A stretch of 41,536 nucleotides of DNA from Candidatus Lloydbacteria bacterium RIFCSPLOWO2_02_FULL_54_12 (GTDB taxonomy: Bacteria > Patescibacteriota > Minisyncoccia > Phycocordibacterales > UBA6899): positions 11,517 through 53,052 of the forward strand of contig MHLS01000002.1 in the NCBI GenBank assembly GCA_001819095.1, given 5' to 3'. Position 1 is the stretch's first letter. Every line of letters begins with the position of its first letter. The notes beneath the pieces were generated by a model. That model ran no database searches, was not told where the DNA came from, and was given only the letters and a program-made list of their open reading frames with translations. Both the position numbers and the translations under genes were made by a program. Shown here piece by piece: positions 1 through 8,510 of this stretch.

Positions 1-948
1 CCCGGACTTCAGGCACTGTTTCGCGAGGCCGGAGTCGATCAGCGATACCTCACTGAAGAGGATGTGGGCTTCACTATCGGGCCGCGCATCAACGCCGCAT
101 CGCGCATGGATGTTCCATTGCGCGCATTTGAACTCCTTTCCACACAAGATCCGACCCTAGGCGGTGAACGCGCAAAACATCTTGCGGGTTTGAACGGGGA
201 GCGAAAACTCGAGGTAGCGCGGATGATGAAAGAGGCAAAAAAAGTCCTTCGTGAGCGTGGGATTCGCGAAGTGATCGTCGTCGGCAACCCCACGTGGCGC
301 GTCGGCGTGGTCGGTATCGTTGCAAATCAACTTGCCGAAGAGCATGACCGCCCCGTATTTGTTTGGGGAAGAGAAGGAAGTAAGGAAGGCAGCACGGTGA
401 TCAAGGGTTCGTGTCGCTCTGACGGGCGCGTGAATCTCGTTGACCTTATGGTCGCGGTCAAAGACGGGATCTTTATCGATAAAGGCGGCCACGAGTTCTC
501 GGGCGGCTTCTCGGTCTCCTATGAGCACATTCACTTGCTTGAGGATGCGCTTATCGAGGCGCACGGACGGATTCCGAAAAAAGAGAAAGAAAAAGGCAAT
601 GTACGGGTGGATGCGGAACTGACACTGGACGAAGTAAATGAGGAAACGTTCTCCGCAGTCGACCTTTTGGCACCCTTCGGCGAGGGAAACCCTAAACCGA
701 AATTTCACTTTCGTCATGTGCAAATTGCCGCCGTTACACAATTCGGGAAAGACAAGAACCATCTCAAACTTACGTTCAGAAAGAGTTCGGGTGACCGTAT
801 CGACGCGATCAGCTTTTTTCTTTTGCCGAGTGACTTCCCCGGCGCCGATGTGCGTCAAGGCGGCACCGTTGACCTTGTCGCGACCTTCGAGAAATCCTAT
901 TTTCGCAGTCGCCCAGAACTGCGTCTGCGGATCGTGGACATTAAATAG
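1..948 (+). CDS. recJ: Single-stranded-DNA-specific exonuclease RecJ, C-terminal part (5' end lies upstream of the window)
   Basis: Frame 1 is open from nt 1. It carries the GFTIGPRINAASRMD and GGHEFSGGF motifs typical of RecJ DHH/DHHA1 exonucleases. Stop at 946-948. Confidence 0.8.
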   Translation, partial: PGLQALFREAGVDQRYLTEEDVGFTIGPRINAASRMDVPLRAFELLSTQDPTLGGERAKHLAGLNGERKLEVARMMKEAKKVLRERGIREVIVVGNPTWRVGVVGIVANQLAEEHDRPVFVWGREGSKEGSTVIKGSCRSDGRVNLVDLMVAVKDGIFIDKGGHEFSGGFSVSYEHIHLLEDALIEAHGRIPKKEKEKGNVRVDAELTLDEVNEETFSAVDLLAPFGEGNPKPKFHFRHVQIAAVTQFGKDKNHLKLTFRKSSGDRIDAISFFLLPSDFPGADVRQGGTVDLVATFEKSYFRSRPELRLRIVDIK

Positions 949-977
949 TTTTTTGGAACGCGTGTTATAGTACGCTC

Positions 978-1712
978 ATGCGTGGCGCTAAAGAACACAT
1001 CATTTTCACTGACGGATCGTCCTTGGGGAATCCCGGTCCCGGCGGGTGGGGAACCGTCCTGGTGCACTCCGGCGGGCGCGTGACGGAAATGGGGGGAGCG
1101 GAGAAAAAAACAACGAATAACAGGATGGAGCTCGTCGCGCTTATTGAAGGTCTCCTGCGCATTGAAAAAGAAAAAGGAGACATCACCATTTACCTCGACT
1201 CGTCTTACGTGCACAAGGGCGCGACCGAGTGGTCGCATGCGTGGGTAAAAAATGGTTGGCGGACGAAGGCGAAGAAGGACGTCGAGAACCGCGACCTTTG
1301 GGAGACACTGCTCCCGCTCCTCGAGGGACGAAAAAAAATCGGAAAGATCGTTTGGGAACACATTCCCGGACATTCCGGTCTTGCGGGCAATGAACGTGCG
1401 GATGCGATCGCCACAGGATTTGCAAAAGGTGATGCTGTGGAATTATTTGAGGGCGACCTCGGAGATTACGACGTTGATATTTTGAATACCGCGGTCGACG
1501 AAGGTATCGCGCAAAAACGCACTCTCTCCCGTGCACACTCGCGTGCCAGAGCGTACTCATACCTAAGTCTTATCAACGGCAAAGCAATGCGGCACACGAT
1601 GTGGGTCGACTGTGAGAAGCGCGTGAAAGGGAAAGCGGGTGCAAGGTACAAGAAGGCGTTATCTGCCGAGGATGAAAAGCAAATTTTAGGGCAGTGGGGG
1701 GCGAGATTATAA
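978..1712 (+). CDS. rnhA: Ribonuclease HI with a C-terminal hybrid-binding (Cauli_VI-like) domain
   Basis: The RNase H catalytic pattern is present: FTDGSSLGNPGPGGWG, NNRMELVALIEGL, IYLDSSYV and HIPGHSGLAGNERADAIA. The C-terminal ~55 aa (YSYLSLINGKAMRHTMWVDCEKRVKGKAGARYKKALSAEDE) match the W..C...V.G..GA.YKK pattern of the RNase H1 hybrid-binding domain. Confidence 0.85.
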   Translation: MRGAKEHIIFTDGSSLGNPGPGGWGTVLVHSGGRVTEMGGAEKKTTNNRMELVALIEGLLRIEKEKGDITIYLDSSYVHKGATEWSHAWVKNGWRTKAKKDVENRDLWETLLPLLEGRKKIGKIVWEHIPGHSGLAGNERADAIATGFAKGDAVELFEGDLGDYDVDILNTAVDEGIAQKRTLSRAHSRARAYSYLSLINGKAMRHTMWVDCEKRVKGKAGARYKKALSAEDEKQILGQWGARL

Positions 1713-1741
1713 GAAGCGCATCGCTTTAGTTGAAGCACCGC

Positions 1742-1873
1742 ACCTTCATGGACGATTGCGCGGTGTAATGTTGTGGCGTCAGCGGTTGCGAGGCGTGACC
1801 TCGTGAGGTCAAGAAAGCGCTCTCACCCGAGGATGAGAGCGTGATACTAAAAAACTGGAAGGCTTTGCTTTAG
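1742..1873 (+). pseudogene. Degenerate duplicate of the rnhA 3' (hybrid-binding domain) segment
   Basis: A single frame reads TFMDDCAV*CCGVSGCEA*PREVKKALSPEDESVILKNWKALL*. This parallels HTMWVDCEKRV...YKKALSAEDEKQILGQWGARL* at the end of rnhA. It has two in-frame stops (TAA at 1766, TGA at 1796). Confidence 0.4.
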
Positions 1874-2217
1874 AGCGCGATGGCTTCTTGTTCGAAGGGC
1901 GGGTCGCCTGCCTCGCCCTTCATGTACTTCACCCAGCCGGCGATGGCGCTCTCCACGAGTCGGTATTCGGTCGGAGTCATAAAGACGTCTTCAACTCCCG
2001 GATCAAACGACGGGATGTTGTCATATACTCGCCCGGCCTTTTCCTGCGCCTGAACGAGAGCGATGATTTCCGCCGACGGAAGAGTGTTGAAACACTCGAC
2101 ACAGATCGCCATGATCTCGCCTTCGGGACACGTCGGAATGTACTTTGGCTGCGTCTCTTTTCCTTCGTGTTTGCTATACCACTCGCGCTTGCAGTGCGCG
2201 CATGTTCCCATTGCCAT
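1870..2217 (-). CDS. Small Cys-rich hypothetical protein (putative zinc ribbon, CxxC...C...CxxC)
   Basis: 115-aa ORF with an ATG at 2217 preceded by GGAGG. Cysteines fall in CAHC ... CPEGEIMAICVEC. No family recognised. Confidence 0.55.
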   Translation of the reverse strand: MAMGTCAHCKREWYSKHEGKETQPKYIPTCPEGEIMAICVECFNTLPSAEIIALVQAQEKAGRVYDNIPSFDPGVEDVFMTPTEYRLVESAIAGWVKYMKGEAGDPPFEQEAIAL

Positions 2218-2653
2218 TGACGACCTCCGCAGTTGAAGAAAAATGACGGTTGATCTGATTTCCCCGTTTTTGGAGCAGACGATAGATCCTCGCTCGGTTA
2301 TAGCGTTGGAGCATGACGGGGTACACGTTCACAAGAAGGTTCGCTGTTACCACAAACCAAAGAGGCGTGGCGAGAAAGAACGAAAGATAAAGCACGCATG
2401 CCGCGCATCCCGCGAGATGAGTTAACTCGCAGGCGACCGTAAAACCATTGGCATATTTCATGAGGGCATCTTTTTTCGTAGAGTCGAGGGTCCTTGTTTT
2501 CCAGACACATCGCATCACGAGGTCGCCCGAAGTCGGCAGATACCTCTTGAAAAGTCTTACCCCGAGGAGTTCGTACAACCTTTCCTCGAAAGGCTGTGGG
2601 GTGAGGTAACGCCGTGCCACAGTTGTCGGCAGTCCTTCCGAAGATCGGGTCAT
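2174..2653 (-). CDS. Membrane protein of the glycosyl-4,4'-diaponeurosporenoate acyltransferase (CrtO-like) family
   Basis: The C-terminal NVYPVMLQRYNRARIYRLLQKRG and the upstream ELTH motif resemble S. aureus CrtO (NVPIIIVQRYNRPRLTQLL..RRG, recalled from memory). Hydrophobic segments are present. The ATG at 2653 has an AAAGGAA upstream, whereas the longest ORF starts at a TTG at 2680. It overlaps the next gene by 44 nt. Confidence 0.55.
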   Translation of the reverse strand: MTRSSEGLPTTVARRYLTPQPFEERLYELLGVRLFKRYLPTSGDLVMRCVWKTRTLDSTKKDALMKYANGFTVACELTHLAGCAACVLYLSFFLATPLWFVVTANLLVNVYPVMLQRYNRARIYRLLQKRGNQINRHFSSTAEVVNGNGNMRALQARVV

Positions 2654-2797
2654 GAGCCAGTTCCTTTTTGAGAAGATCAATTGGCAATATTATACAACAA
2701 CTTCATATTTTTTGCAAGTCGACCATTGACCGAGGGGTACCGGGGGAGTAGGTTAAGCAAGGAATGTTCCATTCATCTTCACAACAAGGAGTAGCGC

Positions 2798-4150
2798 ATG
2801 ATCACATTCGGCGACGGAAATCTTCGCGTCCCGAAACTTTCGCGCCGCGTTTTTCTTGTCGGCGCGGGAATGACCGATTTTCGGAAGTTCTATCCCGCCA
2901 AACAGTCGTCGGAACTTTGTCTCGAGGCGATGAAAATGGCGGTGGAACGCCTCCGGATCTCGCCGCACGAGTTTCGCCAAAGGGTGAACTACGCGGTCTA
3001 TCCGCAGTTCGCCGATCACTTCGGCGACCAGCTGTTGGCCGAAGCGAAGATCCACGACTATCTCGGCTTTGACCCCATCGGGAATGTCGGCGTGAAGACT
3101 GGCGGCGCGACCGGCGGCACCGGTGCGAACACCGCCATCATGGCCGTTGCGTCGGGGTATGCATCCTGCGTTCCGGTCGTCGGATGGGAACGCATGGACG
3201 AGGTGGACACCCGCCAAGGGAATGCGTACATTGCGGGGGCGGCGTGCAAAGACTTCGAGTCGAACCTCGGCTGGTCGTACACCACGTACTACGCGCTCAT
3301 GATGCGGCGATACCTCGAGGAGAATCATCCCAACAGGGAAACGCTCGCCAAGATCGCGCAGAAGAATCACGGTTATGCGCGCTTCTCGCCGTTCTCGCAG
3401 ATTCCCGGTGACTACACCATCGAGGAGATCTTAAGTGCGAAAGTGGTGTCTGATCCGCTCACATTTCCTGAATGCTGTGCGATGTCGGTCGGCGCGACCG
3501 CGCTCATCTTCTGCGATGAGGAAACCGCGTTTCATCTGACGGATCACCCCGTTGAGGTCACCGGCATCGGAGCGGGTTCACATACGCTACGCACCGCCGA
3601 TCGGCGCAACATGCCGATACTTCTTCTTCCCAATGAAACAGAGGAGACCTACAAGGGTCGCGATCTTGACTGGCCCGGATTCACGAGTTTTCTCGCGGCA
3701 CGGTTCGCGGCGCGCCAGGCGTACCTCATGGCGGGTATCAAGGATCCGGTTGAAGAACTCGACCTTGCCGAGACGCATGACGCTTTCACCGTTTCCGACA
3801 TCCAGACATACGAAGACGTCGGCTTCCGTCCTTACGGTCGGGGTGCAGAGTTCGTTGAGAGCGGCGACGCCTATTTGGGCGGTCGGCTTCCGACGAATCT
3901 CTCCGGCGGGCTCATCGGTTCCATGCATTCGGTCGGCGCCACGGGGCTCTTCCAGTTGGCGGAGATCTTCTGGCAAGTGCGCGGCGAGTGGAACGAAGTT
4001 CACGGCGACGAAAAGCTCTGGCAGAAATACGGCAAGATCAAGCCGCCGGTCTGGCAGTGTCTCCAAGTGCCGGATGCGCGCCGCGGCATGGCGATAAGCC
4101 ACGCCGGTACGGGTTCGCATGTGACGTCAATCATCCTCGAGCGGAGATAG
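2798..4150 (+). CDS. Thiolase-like (SCP-x/archaeal-type) protein lacking the nucleophilic cysteine
   Basis: AAGGAG RBS. Thiolase landmarks are present: VGAGMTDF, MAVASGYASCVPVVGWERM, ETHDAFT and GGLIGSMHSVGATG. The position of the acyl-accepting Cys, 17 residues before the ASG glycine, is Gly (KTGGATGGTG). Confidence 0.8.
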   Translation: MITFGDGNLRVPKLSRRVFLVGAGMTDFRKFYPAKQSSELCLEAMKMAVERLRISPHEFRQRVNYAVYPQFADHFGDQLLAEAKIHDYLGFDPIGNVGVKTGGATGGTGANTAIMAVASGYASCVPVVGWERMDEVDTRQGNAYIAGAACKDFESNLGWSYTTYYALMMRRYLEENHPNRETLAKIAQKNHGYARFSPFSQIPGDYTIEEILSAKVVSDPLTFPECCAMSVGATALIFCDEETAFHLTDHPVEVTGIGAGSHTLRTADRRNMPILLLPNETEETYKGRDLDWPGFTSFLAARFAARQAYLMAGIKDPVEELDLAETHDAFTVSDIQTYEDVGFRPYGRGAEFVESGDAYLGGRLPTNLSGGLIGSMHSVGATGLFQLAEIFWQVRGEWNEVHGDEKLWQKYGKIKPPVWQCLQVPDARRGMAISHAGTGSHVTSIILERR

Positions 4151-4154
4151 AGCA

Positions 4155-4694
4155 ATGAAAAAAACGACGAAAGAGAGACAGAAAGTCGCACTGCTTTCCC
4201 GGCGGAAAGTCGTGCTTGCCGAGAATCTTTTTCGCGAGGTTGTTCCGAGCGACGTGATCGTCCGAGAAAATCCCCGCACCGTCACGCACCGACATACCTA
4301 CGGCGGACTCTCGAAATTCTTCCTGCAACTGACTGCAAGGAAACTCTACGGAACGAAGTGTCGGAGTACGTCGTGTGCGCATACCGGCATATGGCTTCCG
4401 CCGAGAGTGCACTGTCCGGACTGCTGGGAAAAAATGTGTTGGGTTGAGATCGACACGAGCGGAGCAAAAGTCTATACCCACTCGATGACCAACCTCCCCG
4501 GTGCCGGCTTCATGCTCTCGACGCCATGCCCACTGATTTCCGTTGAGATACCGGGAGTGTGCACGAAGTTCATGAGCTATCTGTCGAAATTCGGCGAAGG
4601 TGAGCCGTATATCGGGATGCCGGTCAAACCCGTGTTCCGCACGCGAAGACCGACATACACCATCCTTGATGTCAGTTGGGTCCCGAACGAATAA
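4155..4694 (+). CDS. DUF35 family protein (zinc ribbon + OB fold), thiolase partner
   Basis: Four-Cys ribbon (KCRSTSC...HCPDC) followed by an OB-like C-terminus. It starts 4 nt after the thiolase-like gene, the canonical thiolase/DUF35 arrangement. Confidence 0.75.
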   Translation: MKKTTKERQKVALLSRRKVVLAENLFREVVPSDVIVRENPRTVTHRHTYGGLSKFFLQLTARKLYGTKCRSTSCAHTGIWLPPRVHCPDCWEKMCWVEIDTSGAKVYTHSMTNLPGAGFMLSTPCPLISVEIPGVCTKFMSYLSKFGEGEPYIGMPVKPVFRTRRPTYTILDVSWVPNE

Positions 4695-4719
4695 CGTACT
4701 CGTGCTTTGTGCTCGTTAT

Positions 4720-4767
4720 CCGCTCCATGAAATAGGCGAAGTTGCCATTTCACGGGGCGGTTTTTTT
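4720..4767 (+). terminator. Intrinsic terminator after the DUF35 gene
   Basis: The long imperfect stem ccgctccatgaaat / atttcacggggcgg is followed by T7 (4761-4767). Confidence 0.6.
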
Positions 4768-4773
4768 ATTGGT

Positions 4774-4808
4774 GTGTAATACCCCGCGACTCTGTCGCGG
4801 GGATACAC
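4774..4808. repeat. Strong stand-alone hairpin in the 230-nt gap upstream of the acyl-CoA dehydrogenase gene
   Basis: Stem ccccgcgac (4782-4790) / gtcgcgggg (4794-4802) with flanking gtgta..tacac pairing. No U-run follows. Confidence 0.6.
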
Positions 4809-4998
4809 TAAAGTCAGCATCGGCGGCGGCCGATTCTTCTTCCAAAAAAACACCCCCGGTACCGCGTGCCGAACACCCCGTCGGCGAGCCCTGGGGTAAG
4901 GACACGCGGTGTGTTTTATGCAAGTTGAAATTCTGCGTTTCCTGTGATAAAAAAAGTGCGGACAGTACGGATCTCAAAATCTCAAAGAAGAAGGAGGA

Positions 4999-6153
4999 GT
5001 GATGCGGTGGCAGGAACCCAAAGACGAAACACTTTCGATATTGCTCGAGAGCGTACGTCGGTTCGGAAAAGAGGAGATTGAGCCCGCTTACGGGAAATAC
5101 GAAGAGCAAGGATTTTTTCCCGCCGAGTTGGTGAAGAAGATGGGCGCAATGGGACTTTTCGGCCTCATGATTCCGGAGGAATACGGCGGGTCGGGGATGG
5201 GCACCGTGGCCGCTTCGTTCGTCGCGCGCGAGCTCGCCTATCGTTGGCCGGCGCTCCACTTGATCTGGACCGCGAACTCCTCGCTCGCGGCATTTCCGAT
5301 CGCGTATGCCGGAACGAAGGAACAGAAGGCACGTATCTTGCCCCAGCTCGCATCGGGCGAGATCCTCGGGTGCTATGCGCTCACGGAGCCAAACTCCGGT
5401 TCCGACGCAGGGTCGATGACCATGAAAGCGGAGTGGCGGCCCGATTCGCTCACGTGGAGTTTGAACGGCTCGAAGATCTTCATTACCAACGCTTTTCACG
5501 CGTCGGTGGCCGTCGTTTTCGCGCGGACAAGCAAGAAGTCGATCTCGGCTTTCCTCGTTGAGTCGTCCGAACCGGGCCTTCGCCATCCGGGAGTGACCGT
5601 GCGTTACATACCGAAACGGGTGCAGAAGAGCTCTGACTTCTGTGAGATCCATTGCAACGACGTGTTTCTTCCGGTTTCTGCGCTCCTCGGGAAGGAAGGA
5701 AAAGGATTTGCGATCGCGATGCAAACGCTCGACGGCGGACGGATCAATATCGCCGCGCAGGCGATCGGCATGGCGATGCGGGTCTTCGACGATGCGTATG
5801 CCTATGTGCATGTACGCAAGCAATTCGGCCGCCTCGTTTGGGAGAACCAAAAGGTGCAGTTCGACTTTGCCGAAGCGTACGCACGACTCATTGCGGCATG
5901 GGCGCTTGTCATCGAAGCTTCCGAGCGTCGCGATGCGGGGGAGAATATCACACGCATCGCCTCGTCGGCGAAACTGGTTGCGACCGAGACGGCGTGGAAG
6001 GTCGCTTCCGATCTCGAGACTTACTTCGGCGGGATGGCGTTCACGCAGGAGTCTGCGTGGCTTCCGCGTCTCCTCGACATCGCGCCGACGCGCGTGTACG
6101 AAGGCGCGAACAACATCCAGCACATGGTCATTGCGAAGCATCTCGACGACTGA
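4999..6153 (+). CDS. Acyl-CoA dehydrogenase
   Basis: AAGGAGGAG RBS. It carries GCYALTEPNSGSDAGSM (ACAD signature), a C-terminal YEGANNIQ catalytic-base region, and a typical length of 384 aa. Confidence 0.9.
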   Translation: MMRWQEPKDETLSILLESVRRFGKEEIEPAYGKYEEQGFFPAELVKKMGAMGLFGLMIPEEYGGSGMGTVAASFVARELAYRWPALHLIWTANSSLAAFPIAYAGTKEQKARILPQLASGEILGCYALTEPNSGSDAGSMTMKAEWRPDSLTWSLNGSKIFITNAFHASVAVVFARTSKKSISAFLVESSEPGLRHPGVTVRYIPKRVQKSSDFCEIHCNDVFLPVSALLGKEGKGFAIAMQTLDGGRINIAAQAIGMAMRVFDDAYAYVHVRKQFGRLVWENQKVQFDFAEAYARLIAAWALVIEASERRDAGENITRIASSAKLVATETAWKVASDLETYFGGMAFTQESAWLPRLLDIAPTRVYEGANNIQHMVIAKHLDD

Positions 6154-6157
6154 TTCG

Positions 6158-6178
6158 GTACAAGGTCGGACCTCGTAT
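6158..6178. repeat. REP-like palindrome, family 1 (degenerate short copy)
   Basis: The sequence gtacaaggtcggacctcgtat shares the core ACAAGGTCGGACC with the copies at 6221, 34675, 38551 and 41431. Confidence 0.6.
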
Positions 6179-6197
6179 CAATAGAACACGAATCACC

Positions 6198-6221
6198 AAG
6201 GAGGCAACTGCCTCCTTTTTT
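6198..6221 (+). terminator. Intrinsic terminator after the acyl-CoA dehydrogenase gene
   Basis: Stem ggaggc / gcctcc with loop aact, followed by T6. Confidence 0.75.
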
Positions 6222-6242
6222 GTACAAGGTCGGACCTTGTAC
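6221..6242. repeat. REP-like palindrome, family 1 (short perfect copy)
   Basis: The sequence tgtacaaggtcggaccttgtac is a perfect palindrome around one central base. Confidence 0.7.
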
Positions 6243-6271
6243 GGAGACGATGGTCGGATTAATATTGCCTC

Positions 6272-7804
6272 ATGAAATTTCTTGAGCGCGTATTCGTCCC
6301 GGCGCTTGTCGCCTTTCTTTTCGGTATCGGTTTCGCGGCCTATGCCCTCCCGTCGTTTGCATTCGGAATGCTCTTTCTCCTCGTTGGCGTCGCGGCACTC
6401 GCCCTCTCCGCGTTCTATGAGAATAAAATGCGTCTTTTACTCGTCGGCGCGTGCGCTGTCCTGTTCGCGCTCGGCATGTTTCGTTTCTCCTTTTGGGCGA
6501 GTGCGCCGGACGATCCGTCTCTTGTGGCGATCGTCGGAGAGACCGTTATCCTCCGCGGCGTCGTCATCGACGATCCCGATGTGCGGGAGAAGAATACGCA
6601 GTTGAAGTTTCGTATAGAGAAGATCGTCAACGGCAGTGAGGAGGTCGCCGCAGCAGGCGGACTGCTTGTCATCGTTTCGCGTTACCCCGAGTATCGCTAC
6701 GGCGATATGCTCGAATTCCGCGGAAAGGTCGTGCGTCCCAAGGAATTTTCCGGTGACGACGGAAGGGTCTTTGACTATCCGAACTATCTTAAGGCGAAAG
6801 GGGTCGCGTACCAGATCTTTTACCCCGACGTGCGATTGCTCGGACAAAACGGGGGCAGTGCCGTGCGCGCGAAACTTTTTCAAGCGAAGCATGCATTTCT
6901 CGATCGTCTCGCACTTGCGCTTCCCGAACCCGAGAATGCGCTCGCCGGCGGGATACTCCTCGGTGGAAAACGGTCGCTCGGAGAAGCGTGGACCGAACGT
7001 TTCCGCGAGTCCGGCCTCGTCCACATCGTCGTGCTCTCCGGCTACAACATGACGATCGTCGCGGAGTGGCTCGGGTCTGCGTTCCTCTTTCTCGGATTCT
7101 ACGGGAGCCTCGCCGTCTCCGCCTTCGGCATCACTATTTTTGCACTTACTGCCGGCGCCGGCGCGACGGTCGTGCGTGCGGCGATCATGGCGCTTCTGGT
7201 GCTTCTCGCGCGCCTCACCGGCCGGACCTCCACGATGGGAAGGACACTGCTCGTCGCAGGCGTGCTTATGGTCCTTCATAATCCGTCGATCCTTGCATTC
7301 GATCCCTCGTTCCAGCTTTCTTTCCTTGCTTCACTCGGCCTTGTGTTTGTTGCGCCGCTCATTCGTCTGCGCATCCACTTCTTTCGCTTTTTTCGCGGCC
7401 ATCCTGTCGTTGAAGAAGCGGTGGTTTCGACTCTCGCGACGCAAGTGATGGTACTCCCGCTCCTTCTTTATCAGACGGGTCTGCTTTCGGTCATTGCCAT
7501 CGCCGCAAACGTGCTCGTGCTTCCTTTCATTCCCGCCGCAATGATCACCGCTTTCATTACCGGTCTCGTCGGCTTTCTCGGAACTTTCCCCGCGCTTATT
7601 GCCGCGCTCCCGACACAGGCGCTTCTCTCCTACGTCCTTGCGGTGGCGAAATACGGCGCGGCGCTCCCGTTCGCCGCAGTACACCTCCCGCCGATACCCG
7701 GCTGGTCGGTCTTTCTTTTGTACGGAGTGCTCGCGTTCGTCATTTATCGGTCTTCGCGAGAGGTGTCTCAAGATGTAGAGGGTCCGCACCAAGTTCGTCG
7801 GTGA
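6272..7804 (+). CDS. comEC: ComEC/Rec2-family DNA internalisation membrane protein (no metallo-beta-lactamase domain)
   Basis: Polytopic hydrophobic protein with an N-terminal DUF4131-like region (DDPDVREKNTQLKF). It has the competence-domain motif ESGLVHIVVLSGYNMTIV. Confidence 0.8.
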   Translation: MKFLERVFVPALVAFLFGIGFAAYALPSFAFGMLFLLVGVAALALSAFYENKMRLLLVGACAVLFALGMFRFSFWASAPDDPSLVAIVGETVILRGVVIDDPDVREKNTQLKFRIEKIVNGSEEVAAAGGLLVIVSRYPEYRYGDMLEFRGKVVRPKEFSGDDGRVFDYPNYLKAKGVAYQIFYPDVRLLGQNGGSAVRAKLFQAKHAFLDRLALALPEPENALAGGILLGGKRSLGEAWTERFRESGLVHIVVLSGYNMTIVAEWLGSAFLFLGFYGSLAVSAFGITIFALTAGAGATVVRAAIMALLVLLARLTGRTSTMGRTLLVAGVLMVLHNPSILAFDPSFQLSFLASLGLVFVAPLIRLRIHFFRFFRGHPVVEEAVVSTLATQVMVLPLLLYQTGLLSVIAIAANVLVLPFIPAAMITAFITGLVGFLGTFPALIAALPTQALLSYVLAVAKYGAALPFAAVHLPPIPGWSVFLLYGVLAFVIYRSSREVSQDVEGPHQVRR

Positions 7805-8363
7805 TCGCCCTGCTGTTCATGTAGCGATAGAATAGGAAAACGACGGTGAAAGCCACGATCATGAGAACGATGCCGTAGGACCTCCACATTTCCGCTCCTT
7901 TCCCGAAAAAATAGCCGATCGCAATGAAGATGAAGGACCAAAACCACGATGCGACGAACATGATCCCCGCGAACGCTCCGCGGTGGACCCGTCCGACGCC
8001 GGCGGGAATTGGCACGAAAACTTTGATTGCCGGGAGAAGTTTTCCGATGAAGAGGAACCAGAGGCCTTTTTTCTTGAAAACGACTTCCACTTTGCGAACG
8101 TCTTCCGGTCGGAAGATCTTGAATCGTTCGATGTACCGTATGCCGTGCGCACGCACCGCTTCGTAGAGGAGGATGTTTCCACCTGTGTTCCCGAGGGCGC
8201 CGACAAGCGAGGCGGGTAAAAGTGCAAGATATCCGGTCGAGACAAAGTATCCGACGATGATGTAGAGGATCTGGCTCGACGGAAAGGAGATAAAACCGTT
8301 CGCGAGCATGAGGAGGAATATCCCGCCGTAGCTTGATACCCTGATGATTGATTCGATATCCAT
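7740..8363 (-). CDS. dedA: DedA/SNARE-associated family membrane protein
   Basis: FPSSQILYIIVGYF, GNTGGNILLYEAVR and GKLLPAIKVFVPIPAGV are typical DedA motifs. ATG with a GGAG RBS. Its 3' end overlaps the comEC 3' end by 65 nt (convergent). Confidence 0.8.
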   Translation of the reverse strand: MDIESIIRVSSYGGIFLLMLANGFISFPSSQILYIIVGYFVSTGYLALLPASLVGALGNTGGNILLYEAVRAHGIRYIERFKIFRPEDVRKVEVVFKKKGLWFLFIGKLLPAIKVFVPIPAGVGRVHRGAFAGIMFVASWFWSFIFIAIGYFFGKGAEMWRSYGIVLMIVAFTVVFLFYRYMNSRAITDELGADPLHLETPLAKTDK

Positions 8364-8510
8364 GAGGACTCCAGTATAACAGACAGTCGTTTTTTCTTGC
8401 CGACGGGGCGTTTTTGTGGCCCAGTTACCACTCGCGTTGATGATTGAAAATGGAATGCTAGGCTCATAAAAGGAGGGTAGTGTGTCTGTTCCTTGAAAAG
8501 GTGAGCAATA

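Noticed and set aside
1766-1798. In-frame TGA in the HBD remnant, considered as evidence of an alternative genetic code (UGA sense)
   Set aside because: A TAA also interrupts the same frame. Many well-supported genes in the window terminate at TGA, including ATGA-coupled junctions at 18484, 25149 and 36857. The standard code fits.
4750-6141. 463-aa ORF on the minus strand
   Set aside because: It lies entirely antisense to the well-supported acyl-CoA dehydrogenase gene. Its product is Arg/Pro-rich and low in complexity, typical of a shadow ORF in GC-rich DNA. No RBS or recognisable motif.
7740-7804. 65-nt convergent overlap of the comEC and dedA 3' ends
   Set aside because: Both reading frames look genuine. 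The C-terminal tails are poorly conserved regions, so this is most likely ordinary convergent overlap or slight over-extension of one ORF.
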